The notes beneath the pieces were generated by a model that saw only the letters and a program-made list of their open reading frames with translations, was not told where the DNA came from and did no database searches. Shown piece after piece: positions 39,746 through 54,175 of a stretch of 64,000 nt of DNA. The stretch is from the human T2T-CHM13v2.0 reference genome, Homo sapiens: assembly GCF_009914755.1 (NCBI RefSeq), contig NC_060932.1; one strand, written 5' to 3'. Positions within the stretch are counted from its first letter, which is position 1, and each line of letters starts with the position of its first letter. Made by a program: the position numbers and the translations under genes.

Positions 39746-40409
39746 CTTCCCATCTTATTAAATAGGATAACATATGCAGCATAATGACCTTGACACAATA
39801 CCAGATGTCCAATAAAGGTCAGCTGTGTTATATATTTCTTCCATATGCACTTGCCAGATGAATGAATGAATGAATGCTTATGTGGCAGTCAAGGCAAAGC
39901 CAGTATAAGTGGCTCACACATAGGAAGATGCCAGGGCAGAAAGTGGGGTGGGAGCCATGGAACCAGGCTCCTCCTGCCCTCTGTCCTACCTCACCTGCTG
40001 TCTCCCACATCCTCATCTCCCTCCAATGAAACCCAAGTAACAAATCCAAGAAGTGTTCATTTTGGCCTCTTGGGCTGGTGTGATTCATCCCACTCAGAAG
40101 ACAAAGCTGTTTGGGGGAAGGAGGAGTCTGGGTGTGGGGATGACAATACAGTTAGGCATAGTACTGTCTCTAGCACAAAATGGGAAGCTCCTGATGCAAA
40201 ATTCAGGGTCCTGTGGGCAAATGTTCCATTTATTTATAGGGAAGTCTCAGAGAGATAGCTAAAGCCCTTAGTGAAGCCCACTTAGGTGGGCCCGCCTCAG
40301 ACAGCAGAGGAGGAATGGAGCTGGGATTATAACAGGGTCTTCTGACCCTTCCTCATCATCCTCCCACCATGGACCACAGCCTCCTTCTCAGCTTAAGAAG
40401 CCAGGGAAG

Positions 40410-40705
40410 GGCCGGGCATGGTGGCTCATGCCTGTAATCCCAGCACTTCGGGAGGCCGAGGCGGACGGATCACGAGGTCAGGAGATCGAGACCATCTTGG
40501 CTGACACGGTGAAACCCCGTCTCTATTAAAAATACAAAAAATTAGTCGGGTATGGTGACAGGCGCCTGTAGTCCCAGCTACTCAGGAGGCTCAGGCAGGA
40601 GAATGGCGTCAACCCGGGAGGCGGAACTTGCAGTGAGCCGAGATCGCGCCACTGCAGTCCGGCCTGGGCGAAAGAGCAAGACTCCGTCTCAGAAAAAAAA
40701 AAAAA
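40410..40705 (+). mobile_element. AluY
   Basis: gatcacgaggtcaggagatcgagaccatc, gaatggcgt; many CpGs retained; TSD aagaa(g/a)ccagggaagg. Confidence 0.96.
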
Positions 40706-40869
40706 GAAACCAGGGAAGGAGAAAGTAGAGGGACTAAGAGTCACACTTCATTGAGTCAACTTGTGAGAAATAAAACTTTAGTAGTCAGCCTATTTAATGC
40801 TAAAATATCTGAATAGTTTTCTAAGTAATATCTTTTCTAAATTATTTTTAAATGACACGTATGGATTGT

Positions 40870-41030
40870 TTTAAAAATCATGGCATAATATACATAATTT
40901 AAAATCTACCATCTTAATGGTTTTTAAGTGTATAATTCAGTAGTGTGAAGTCCATTCACACTGCTGTGTAGCATCACCACCATCCATCTGCATAATGCTT
41001 TTCATCTTGCAAAACAAAAACTCCATACTT
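40870..41030 (-). mobile_element. L1MB-like 3' end fragment
   Basis: ttttaagtgtataattcagtag...ttttcatcttgcaaaac. Confidence 0.75.
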
Positions 41031-41294
41031 ACCTCTGGTAGGCCAGTTTGGTGGCTTCATTCCTGATGGAATAATTCCTGGAGGCCTAAGCTACAGCCTA
41101 CTTCTCAGCCCATCTAACAATTTTCTGTATTAACTAGTTTTCTGCTTAAAAAAAGCTAGAGTATGGTTTCCATTTTCTGCAAGTAAACACGGACTGACAT
41201 CATGTTTTGGAAGTAGAAGAGGTTGTAGGCTACAGAGCCTCATGTTTGGGGTTGGTTATCTGTCTGGTTGGATTTGAAGACAGGTAAAGATCTT

Positions 41295-42660
41295 CTGGTT
41301 CCAGCCAAGATAGAGTATCAGGAACCAGATTTACCCTACCACCTGAAACAATGAAAACACTGAACAAAATACATGAAACAATGGTTTCCAGATTTTGAAC
41401 TTCAGGCAGTGTGGGGCAGTAATCAGCAAAAGAGGGGAAACAAATGAAGGTCTTACAATCACCCCAACTTACTGCCTGATAGAGTTTCTAGGCAGCAGTA
41501 CAGAAAGAGAGAACCCAGGAAACCTGACAGTCACCTTGAGTTGAGGAGATAGAGCTCAAGTCCAAGGGGGTTAAGGTGGTCATGATTCACAAGGCAGAGG
41601 CAGCTGTGCGGGGAGAGAACTGTGGAAATTGCAGAAGGTCCTCTTTGAGTCTTCAGATGAGTACAGATCAGCATGTGCATGTGAGAAAACTGAGTCCAAA
41701 GAAATAATTCCCTGAAAGAAACAGACAGAAAAGTCTACAGGGCTCACACAAGGCTGAGAATAAATTTGTATTCCCACCAGGCAGAGTAAAAATGCCACAG
41801 AATTCCTGGGGCAGCAGGGAGAGTATTCAGCAGTGGGGCAAAATTAGCCCTAGAAAAACGCTGCTCTTGTCCTATTTACCAAAGTTTAAAAGCAAGTTTG
41901 AGAAGGATCAGACTGCTTTCAGTGAGCCTAACCACATGCCAGATCATAGCTCAAGAATATTTATGAGATTATAATGACATTTCACACCTAATGAAGTAAA
42001 AATCCACAAGTCTGGCACCTAAAAAAATTACTAGACATGTAAAGAAGCAGGAAAATAGAAACCATAACAAGGACAAAAAACAATCAATTGAAATAGACTG
42101 GGAAATGATACAGACAATGGAATTAGTACACAAATATATTAAAACAGTTATTATAACTATATTCCATGTGTTCAAGAAGGTAGGGGAAGGCTTATATATT
42201 CCCAGAGACATAGAAAATATTTTTAAAGACCCAATTCAGATTTGAAGAGATAACAATTTCATTGTCTGTGATGAAGAGTACACTGGATGAGATTTAACAG
42301 AAGGTTAACTATACAGAATAAGATATTAATGAACTTGAAGACACAGCAATAGAAACTATTCAAAATAAAACACAGAGAGAAAAAAGACTGAAAAAAACCC
42401 ACCAGAATAGCATATCAGTGAGCTGTGGGACATCTTCAAGTAGCCAAATATACATGCAATAGGAGTCCCTAAAATTCCCTTTTAGGGAATATTAGAAAAA
42501 ATATTAGAAGACATAATGGCTGAAAAATGTCTTAATTTGATGAAAACTGTAAACCCACAGATCCCAGAAGCCCAACCAAAGAAATGCCAAGCACAAGACA
42601 CATGAGAAAACTACACCAAACACATCACAATCAAATTGCTTAAAACCAGTGAAGATGAGA
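41295..42660 (+). mobile_element. Old L1M 5' UTR/ORF1 fragment
   Basis: cttctggttccagccaagat; ORF1 motifs gaacttgaagacacagcaatagaaactatt, aaacccacagatcccagaagc. Confidence 0.8.
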
Positions 42661-42908
42661 GCACAGGTTACCATTAGCAAATGTGTCACTGGCAGCCCGC
42701 GGCATATAGTAGCAAAATAATCTTGATTATCAAGTGTGATTACCTAGAACAAAGTACCCATTGAAGATAAGAGTTTGGCGGAATTGCACGATAGATTATT
42801 ATGTCAGAATGATGAATATAAAGATGTTGGAATAAGATGACTTCTTCTGCCAGAAGTGGGAAAAGTAAAGAAAAATGGTTAGAAGCTTGAGGTTTAAATT
42901 CTTGGCAC

Positions 42909-43221
42909 AGCCATGCATAGTGGCTCACTCTATAATCCCAGCACTTTGGGAAGCCAAGGCAGATGGATGGCTTCAGCCCAGGAGTTCGAGACCAGCCCAG
43001 GCAACATGGTAAGACCCTGTCTCTACAAAAAATAAAAAATAAATAAAAAAAATTCCAAGCATAGTGGCATGTGCCTGTAGTCCCAGCTACTCAGGAGGCT
43101 GAGGTGGGAAGATTGCTTGATTCCAGGAGGTCAAGGCTGCAGTGAACCGTAATCATGCCACTGCACTCCAGCTTGGGCAACAGAGTGAGACCCTGTCTCT
43201 AAAAATAAAATAAAATAGTAA
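42909..43221 (+). mobile_element. AluJ
   Basis: Full dimer; TSD taaattcttggc. Confidence 0.95.
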
Positions 43222-44064
43222 TAAATTCTTGGCTCAAGGCTCAATCAGAAGAGCAAGGAACAGTTAAGACTATCCTGAAAGAATCTCCCACGGTTTGTAG
43301 TTTCAGGGCCAACAAAACTGAAATCAGAAGTGAAGTCTGACCCAGCAGGTTGTAGAATTACAACCTAAGTTAAGTTCACAGCCTCATCAGGTCTCTTATG
43401 GGAGATGGTGTTGACTGGGAAAGATGGAACCCTGTGAATGGGGATGCTGAATTCATATAACTGAGTCTTAGACCCTGCTGAGCCTCCCTTTCCAGCAGAA
43501 GCTGCCCCTTTTCCCCAGGTCCTGTCTTGCAAGAGAATCCTGATTCTCCCTGAGGTCGACACTTACCACCCCTGGCTGCTCCTGACCTATTCTAGAATCA
43601 GATTTCAGCATGGCCAAGGGAGACAAGCACAAAGTCTGATTCTGAAACAGTAGACTTTCACACCAAAGTAGGTGCCATTTGTTTTTTAATATTTATTGGC
43701 AGAAATCTGAGAAATGTATAGTAAGGTGCTGATCACGGAGGAAAGAAGATCATTTTCAATTGGGCCATATTGATCAATATGGATTCTGGATCCAAAGTAC
43801 TGGCTGGATCATCTGGGTATGGTTCTGTTCACTCAGTGGGTTATCTGAAATGAAACCTGAACTGAATGGCATCCTATACTAAATAAAGCTAAGGTGACAG
43901 AAGTTCCTTGATATAAAGCAAGGAATCTTAATACCTGGAGAGGCATAATAATGTTGGGGTGGGCTTACACATGTGTTCCCCACATACCCTCCTTCACTCT
44001 GTCCCAGGAGAACATACTTTCTTCACAAGCATTTAGACATGCTTTGGTGAGGGGGACACCGGCA

Positions 44065-44430
44065 TTCTGTTTTCCTTGGTTGTCTTCAGAATTTATCTTT
44101 GGTTTTTAGCAGTTTGATCATGACACATCTAGGTGGATTTTTTTAAAAATTCTGATTAAGGTTCTCTGAGTATCTTGGACTTGTGGTATGTTGCCTTTCT
44201 TTAACAAGTTCTTGGTCATTATCTCTTCAAATAGTTCTACTCTGCTCTCTTTTCTTAATGAGATCCCAACTATACATATGTTAGACCATTTTATGTTGTC
44301 TCACAATGCTTGGGTGCTCTGTTCTGTCCCCCAGCCTTCTTTTCTCTCTTTATATTTCTTTAGATCATTTCTGTTGCTCTATCTTCAAGTTCACTGATTT
44401 TTCCAGTTTATATGTTACGTCTAATTTGCT
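44065..44430 (-). mobile_element. L1M ORF1-region fragment
   Basis: tggtttttagcagtttgatcatga...tcttcaagttcactgatt. Confidence 0.75.
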
Positions 44431-45496
44431 GAGAAGCTTAAGTTCCTGTTTCAGTAACCTGACTAGTTTTCCAAGTTTGTCGGAAGTTCTGCTTTTTTGG
44501 CCACATCCTTGAACCCAGCCTAGGTGGCATTGGCCCTGCTTCCCATGGGCAGGTTTCTTCATGCCAGCCTCTCTGCCTGTGCTCCCAGTTACTGCCTACC
44601 TACTGCCCCCTCTGCCCTGGGGCAGATTTGCTGTGTGGCATCAGACAGTTGCCTGAAAGTTGCTGGTATTGTGGTTGGAGAGATGAAACCATGTTCCCAA
44701 ATCCCACATCCTTGCATCAAGTAAGAAAAGTGCCACTGGAACCTAGAATGATGTGGGAACCCAGAAGAAGAAGATGTCCTAGTCTGGGAGGAGAGACAGG
44801 GAATGGAGCTTGGACAATCACTGTCATAGCTGGAGTGTGATCTGATGAAGATCTGAACTAGAGAAATACATAGGCCACGGTAATACTAATTAATCAGGAA
44901 TGGTTGAGTTTTGCTCCCGCTGACCTATCAATTCTTACTCCAATGGCTCCTTTAACCGATAGTTGCAGTGTTCAGTGGGGTATTATCCAGGCTCCAACGT
45001 GTTTGCTCAGAGCCATCCTCAGGCTAAGGGGAGTCTTCCCTGATCTCCCCTCCTCATCCCAGTGATGGGGTTCCTTCCACCTCACCTGCTAGGGGTTTCT
45101 TGAGGCTCACTCAGGCGCACTCCTACTCTCACTTTCCTGACATTTTGTGTTTCTGATTCAGCATTTTCTGGCTCTGGGTATCTGGAGAACCACGTTACCT
45201 ATTTCATTTCTCATTTACCCCAGCAGTCCTTGGCCTCTTTATTACTGTTCAAGCTAAGGCTCAGCAGTGACACAGACTCTCCCATGCCTCGTTCAGCCCT
45301 TGGTAGAAACAGCATTACACAGAGGTTGCAAGGTGACAACTTATGATAAGGCAGAATTTTGAAGGTGTCAGGTGCCTCAACTATGTCATGACCTGTTATA
45401 TGACGCCTTAAAATCCACAGTTAGTGTCTCTTCCCTTTAACTCACTAGTTCTCTATGTATACTGATGTACTTGATAGTTTCTCTCTCTCTTCATCT

Positions 45497-45680
45497 CTAA
45501 TATATATAATATATATGGTATATTTGGATATTTTTATATATAACATATTTAGATATTATATATAGCTAAATCTAAAATGGATAATATATCTATACCTATC
45601 TATATATATTTGCGTGTTATATATATACACATATATCTGTGTGTATGTGTGTGTGTGTGTGTGTATGTATATATATATAA
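45497..45680. repeat. AT-rich/(TA)n/(TG)n compound low-complexity tract
   Basis: Directly visible. Confidence 0.9.
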
Positions 45681-46406
45681 TCCAAATATACTACGGCTTA
45701 GCGTAGACATTGAGAGGTGGGAAAGATTTTTTTGAGGCATAGGAGAAACATTCAAAATTGAGTAAAATCTGTTTTTTCTGCTAATTGAGAAAATACAGCC
45801 CCTTTTCTTCTCCTCCTCTTCCATCTTCTTTAAATTTAAGACTGTTCAGACTCCTATCATGCAAAGTCCCTGGGGACAGATCACATTGTAAGCTGCTATC
45901 AGTCACCACACTGCAACGGGATGTGATGCGTTCAGAAGCACAGATATGGATGGAGGAGGGGAGGTAGAGGAGAATGAAGATACTGCTTGTCGAAGGAGAA
46001 GAGAGCTGTGGGAAAGGACACACTATGTGGAGTACTGAGGCACCAAAAACAAACCCTTTCATCGTCTTACTCAGGCTTATCTCTGCCATTTGACTCTTAA
46101 GACCTAGCTCTCTGGTTTTAGTATGTGTAAAAATACCACCGAGTATTTTGCTTTTCTTATTCAAACCTTACAACAAACCTATGAGATGGGTATTATTAGT
46201 TCCATTTTATAGTTGAGTAAACTGGCTTGGAGAGGTGAGTTTCAAAACCATTTCTATCTCCAGTCCAGATGTTTCCTTTAAACATCAAACTCATTAAAAA
46301 AATGCTTAACATCTCTCCCTGGATTCACACTCACCATGTCCAGATCAGAGGCCCTGAGCTCTTGTACTCATCTCCTAAACCTGCTCTTCCCTCAGCCTTT
46401 CCCATA

Positions 46407-47083
<677 letters not shown>

Positions 47084-48905
47084 CCATCACAGAAAATGGT
47101 CACTCAATCCTCCCAGCCAGCCATCAGTGGCTCAATCTAATACTCAGGTTCTCAATCAAAGTGCTCCAAGCTCTGGTTTGCGGTAAGTTTAGAAAGATAA
47201 CCATAGACATTCATGCCCGAGGGAATGTTCCCCTCACGCCCTGCACACCCAAGTGAAAGCTAGAGGTGGCCCCTTGGCTGTTAGCTCCTCTTTGTCCCTT
47301 TCTTTATCCTCTGGAGTTAGTAAGTCCTTCTCGATGACCTGGCATAGAGGAGATACTCCTTGTAACAGAAAATGTGTGGTTGAAATCCAGGCTGAGGGGC
47401 AGGGCAGGTTGCGGGATGATAAAGGGGTGAATTTGGAGGGGCTGGGTCCTGAGGAGGCCCCCTTACTGCCCAGGAGGGAGAAGTTCAGGAAGGCAGAGAG
47501 GGACGGGCCCCACCCTGTAAACTAGGCCTGGCAAAGAAACTGAGTCCCAGTATCCCTTTGCTAGTCCCTGCTGTGGATAGTTCCAAGGAGGTGTGGCTTG
47601 GCTAACTAAAGTTCATTGTCCCAGACAGGCGGTACAGCACGGTGGTTCATTCACAGCCTCTGAAGCTGGCGATCTAGGACCCTGGACAAGCTACACACCT
47701 GCTTCTTCATCTGGAAAATGGGGGAAGTAGCAGTTCCTACCTCAAAGCATTGTTGGGAAGATTAAATGATGATGATACATAAAGAATATAGCCCTGCCAG
47801 CCCAGCTCTCTGGAGGTAGAAAATCTGCCCTATGCAGGCTGCACACAGACTCAGGGAGCCAAGGGCTGCCGGGGGCATTTGGCCATCATTGCCTCTTCCC
47901 CAACCCAAGGTTCTGCAGGCAAGTGCCAGCTCCTGTCTGTGGAGCCTTGGCCCATGGAAAGGCAGAGAGAATGGCTCTCATGTCCCTATCTGAGGGTCCC
48001 AAAGGGCTTCCATGAGGGAGCTGAGCCTCCAAAATCATTAATTCGGAAAAGCCACACATGAAAAGGAACCTGCTTTTGCAGGGGACAAAAGAAGTGTGTT
48101 GGTTAGCATGCTGTTCTGGGAGGTTCTTTAGGTGCACCCTGCTTATTAAGCCTGATCCTGGGCTTCTGGAACCTGCGACTCACCCCGTTACCATGGCGTC
48201 TGCTGAGCAGCACCTGGCAGTGGTGCCTCTCATCTCGGCAAAGTGGCTATGACTCCTGGCTACTTTTTCCCTAGCCAGGGTGAGGAGGAGAGAGAGGAGG
48301 GTGCCAGGCATCTCATCTGCTCAATGCTAGAAAGGAAATTAAAATATTGCAGAGAAATCGCAGAATTCGTGCATGCACTGCTTTTCATTTTTCAAAGAGC
48401 TTTTGTGGGCATTATGTCACTTGAGCCACCTAAGAACCCTGGGACAGAAGGGATGACCAGGAATGTTTTATTTGCCCATGTTATGCATGAGGAGATCAAG
48501 AACGTGGAGAGGTTAACCCTTCTCACCCGCAGTCAAGGTGAGTGACAACGGGAGGAGCATAGCACAAAGAAAGCTCCAGAAAAACAAGAAGGAGACCTGG
48601 CTTGCGGTTTGGGCTCTATCACCACCTGCCTGCATGACCTCTGGCAAGAGCCTTATCTATGCTTCAACTTTCTTGTCTGCAAACTGAGGAGCAGGAGACC
48701 TACAGCACCAAGCCCACAGGACTACCATGAGACAAGGCTAAGTGGCTGGAAACATGTGACAGGCTCTCTAAATGTAAGGCACAGTAAGAATGACTTATCG
48801 GGAGGTCACGAATCCCACAGCACAGTTAAGAATGGGGAAGGGTTGGGGAGGGGTGTGAGACGACTTTAGTGAGCACCTACTACGGAAAGAGCTCCAAATA
48901 CTCTA

Positions 48906-49292
<387 letters not shown>

Positions 49293-50632
49293 TTACAGAT
49301 GAGAGAACTAGCCTAGGAGGTTGAGAAACTTAAGCTAGTTGGATACAGAACTCAGATCTGTCTATCCTATGCTGATTTCCTGGCCCCACCTGTGAAAAAT
49401 ACACCAGAAGGCATTTTATATGCGTCACAGGGCTCACAGGCTAAAACTAGGCACTTCACTCACATCCTCATTCTAAGCCTATTTACTCTTAGTTTAGACA
49501 TAATTCTGACATAGTCAGCTCTCAGGTTTCCCACACCGCCACACATCAGAAGGACCATAAGGACACTAATCAGCCTTGACAGCAGCAAGAAGTGACAGAT
49601 GACAGGAGGATGATAAAATGTTTAAAAATAATTTTAGCAGTTTGGGGTGGTTTTGTGTAGAAGCAATAGCCCTACACATTTGCTTGGTCCCCATAGATAT
49701 CACTGTGCATGAACTAAGAAAATTTCTGCCTTCTTATGAACGTAAAATAAAACCTATATTCCACGGACAGGCCTGGCTCCAGAGAAAGAATTTTCACATT
49801 GGGTGGGGCAGCTGGTGAAACAAGAGAGGCAACACGTATTCACTGAAGACTTGTAGGCAGCAAGAGGGAAGCAAGCGAAGACAGTGACACGAAATAGATG
49901 ATCTGGTGCAAAATCACCATTGGCTTATTATAGACGTGATGAGTGAAGATGGATCGGGACTCTGTCTTGTGTCAGCAGAGTCCTAGGCCTCGGGGATTCA
50001 GTTGTGAGGATGACTCTCTCTGCCCTCTTGGAACTACCTAGGATCGGTCCTGCAGGGAGTGTGTTGTGTTGATCTTCAGCTTCTAACCTCTGGGGAGGGA
50101 CGCAGCCCCTCCTGGTCCACCTAAAGTCATCTTTAATACTGCCCACCGACTCTCCACACTGTGCAGCTCGACTAAGGCAACCTCCAGAGTCCTAATTCCC
50201 TGTCATAGGTGATTGAGAACTAGGAAAACCTCCTCTCCAGGGCAAGGCCAAACCTACTCAAAGGATCCCGGGCTGGGGGATTTGCAGGCTGTGTAGGAGC
50301 ACGCTGACAGAACCCTGGTGAGAATACAAGTCAGTAACTCTGGCCACTGTTGAAAAGAAATACTTGTACTTAGCGAGGGCACCGTTCTGTGACAGATGTT
50401 TACAATGATGACACTGCATCATTTAACAAAGGTTAAATCATGTTCATTAGACTCTGTTTAAGAAGACATGGCCATGTGTCATGTTTTAGAAAGACTGCCA
50501 TTACAAATGATTCAAATAAGAAGTTTGAGTACATGAATGAGCCAGTCAGCTATCCAGAAGATGAGCTTAGAAAGAACAGCTCATCCCCAAGTGCGGCTTT
50601 ACTGCATTGCCATTTTTAATTTTAAAAACCTA

Positions 50633-50953
<321 letters not shown>

Positions 50954-51799
50954 CCTACATAAATTTTAAAATCCTACGTCCTAACTCCAACCCCCATGTC
51001 ATGTCCGTAATGGACCACACCAAGTTCCCTGGATCACCTGGTAGCTTTATGGCATGAGGCAGATAGGGTGCTCTGAATGTGTCCATGAGACCTTGGTGAG
51101 GATATGACAAGCCCCATGTTGCTTCATGTAGGATCTGATGCCTGGTTAGCCTCTCCCCAGGCAACCTCTCCCTCCTGCACAGCCTGGGTGGCCTGGACAC
51201 CTGGACTCTAGCCTCAGCTCTGTCATCAGCCCTGGACCCGATGAATGCTGAGATCTCAGCTCTGGTCTCTGTCCAGCTCCTGTCTCTGCAAACTTCCCCA
51301 GGGTCAGAAACAGCTTCTGCCCAGGAGGAGTTAAGTTTCCAACATGTCACAGAGGATCAAACAGCCCTGAGGGTTCTGCTACAAAAAAGATCAAGGGAGT
51401 TTGTCAAAAGGCAGGTCCCAGGACCCCTACTGGAGGGAGAATGCATTGGACATACCTGGAACTTTTCCAGGAGAACAGAAGCTCCAAACTCAGGGATCCC
51501 AGATCCTGCAGCATAGCCTTGCATTCCCACACGCTGTAGGGGTTGGGGAGTGGGGTGGAGGTGAGCGTTGAACCTTGGACCTTTCTCATTACACCGTAGG
51601 GACCTCATAAATAGGAGGGCCTTGTAATAGCCTGACGGGCCTGAAAAGATGGCAGTGGTATTTCAGGTACAACCTGAAACTTGGATTCCATCTCGCTCTG
51701 ATAGCCTTCTACTCCCATAGCTTAAGCAAGAAGAATCACCCCGGAAACCGCGAAATGTTGAGAGCAGGACTCATTTACCTGTTATTTGAGAGCCAGCCA

Positions 51800-52015
51800 T
51801 GATATTGTGAGTAAAGTTGGGAAACAGACAGCTGGCGTTGAAATCCTGGCTTCATCACTCATGAACTGTGTGACCTTGGACAAGTTGCTTAACCTATGTG
51901 TACCTCAGTTTTCTCATCTATAAAACGGGGATAATGATGGTTGTGAAGAGTAAATGAGCTAATATTTCTAAAGCACTTAGAACAGTGTCTGGCACATGTC
52001 AGTGTGTGCCAAATA
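51800..52015 (+). mobile_element. MIR
   Basis: ctgtgtgaccttggacaagttgcttaacc...cctcagttttctcatctataaaacggggataat. Confidence 0.9.
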
Positions 52016-53127
52016 AAACAAAATAATTGGGCAAAGGCAGGGGATTGAAAGACGAGGCATTTCTAAGAAACACAACTGAGGTTCAAATGTGTGGAGTCTC
52101 TCTCCTCACCCCCAGAGGCAGCAGTTCCTGAATGGGGCTGCAGGGGAGGGAGTGCGTGAAGGGTTAAACCCCCAAGTGTGCAGAAAAACAAGTTCCATCT
52201 GGTCCCTGGGACAAAGCAACAGCCTGCAAAGCCCCCAGCCCGGGCTCCTGCTCAAAGGACACATTGCTTTTTAAAATTCCAACTTGTAGCTGCCTCGATC
52301 TATAAATCAACCCGTTCTCTACACCCTAGAGCTCCGAGAAGCATTCGCAAATGGCAGCAAGATATCCATCCTCCCAGAATAGGCATAGGAAAGTGCCCTT
52401 GCAACTGGGCCAGGGTTACCTGGTACCCAGCCTCTCCGCTTCCAGGGCATCCTCTTTGACCTCCTTCAAGGCAGATATTGCTCTCCCATGGCAAAGAGCA
52501 GGCAGGCAAGACAGAGCCAATGGTCAAGGCTCCAGCTGGGAGTGGGACTTTTGCTTAGATGCCCAACTTCAGTGACCTGCCCCTGGACTCAGTTGAGTTC
52601 CTGTCTTTGTTCATCATCACAAAAAGAAAACTAAAGCTGCTTGCCCTGCCTCCTGCCACTGTGACTGAGACCCTATTTTTAGATGCCAGCCTGAGAGTGG
52701 GGCAAGGCTGATTAATGAGAAACATCAAATACTCCACGGAGGCTGGGGGAACCTTGCTTAGAGAAGCAGCAGGCTGCTTCCCTGCTCCCTGGCTGATCTG
52801 CACACGAGGCAGCTTGTGCCTCAGTACCTGCTGAGGGACCCCAGGGCTCTCCGTACCTGGAAGAGGAGAAGGAGCCAGGATAAGGCTGAGGGAGCTTCTT
52901 CGTGGACCTTGGCTGGAGGCAGAGTCCCTCAGTTTTTACCACCCCTAGACCTGTGCCCACGCCTGGATGATGCTGAATCCAGCACCAGCATTAACCCTGC
53001 AGGGCAGGAAAGTAATTCACAAAAAGTTGGGCAATTCAAAGTTACAGTTTCCACAGCAACCAGCACTCAGACCATTTGGGTAGCTGAAGCCTTTTCCTCT
53101 TAGCGTTCACCCCCCGTCCCCCATAGC

Positions 53128-54175
53128 ATTTTTTCCTTCTTATTAAAGTAATACACATTCATTGGAGAACATATGGAAATTACAGACAAGTGTAAAGGAG
53201 AAAATAAAAATCACCCTTAGTCTCAACACTCAAGGAGATCCAATGTTAACATTTTGATATATTCTCCGTTCGCCTAGTTTTTTATTTTTGCATGCATAAA
53301 AGATATAAATTTTTGAAAACTGGAACTATTGTTAAATGGCTATTTTATCATTTGGCTTCCTTCGCTTAAAAATATATTGTGAGATCTTCCAACAGCCTTA
53401 AATATTCTTCAAGACCATACTTTTTAATGGCTATATGGTACTTTTTCATATGGATAGAGCACATTTTATTTAACCAATCTATTGTTGAACATTTAAGACG
53501 ATTTTCTTTTCTTTCCCGCTATTTTAAATAATACTACAATGAACATCCTTTTACATAAATTTTTATGTGTTTCTCTGATTAAGTAATCAGATTAGAATAA
53601 ATTCCTAGAGCTAAAATTACTGCTCAAACACAATGGACATGCTAATGACTTTGATAGGCATTATTGAATCATCAGATTCATCTAGAAAAGTTGAAGCAAT
53701 TTGTACTTTTGCCTGCGGTGTATACTCTTTTAAGAAAAGAACACAAACTGTCATTTAGTTGATTTTTAAATAAAGTTATATACTATTTTCTAAAATCACA
53801 TTTTTTATATTGTAAATGGAATGGAACTTCCCCCATATTTTTAATGAACTTTCTTCTTTCTATAATCACCCATTAACATCCTTTTTTTAAAAAAAAAAAA
53901 TAGGGTATTCATCTTTTTCTTGCTGATTTATAAGAGCCCTTTATGCATAAAGATAATAATGCTTTGCATATTTGTGGCACATATGTTCTCTCGGTTTGTC
54001 GTGGGGCTTTTATTTTATTTATGGCAATTAAAGTGCAGAGTTTCAAATGTTGTTGTAATTCACATCCCTCTTTCTTTTTATCCCTTTGTCCTTTGACCTT
54101 ATACCTAGGCAGACCTTTTCTCTCCTGAGATCAGCTATGTATTTACTTGAATGTTGTTGTTCTAGTTATTTTGTG
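53128..54175 (-). mobile_element. L1ME-type 3' fragment
   Basis: T-rich; aaagtaatacacattcatt, tgttaacattttg, tttttaatggctatat. Confidence 0.8.

Larger units (their letters stand above)
41030..44065 (+). mobile_element. ERVL-class provirus remnant (LTR 3' end plus gag-region internal sequence) split by an L1 and an Alu
   Basis: LTR-like end ttttctgcttaaa...gctagagt (~41140); ERVL gag-like motifs ggcagcccgcggcatatagtagc (~42690) and ttgactgggaaagatggaaccctg (~43410). Confidence 0.6.

Noticed and set aside
44598-44620. CTCF-like CTACTGCCCCCTCTG
   Set aside because: Only half of the core matches; not supportable without ChIP data.
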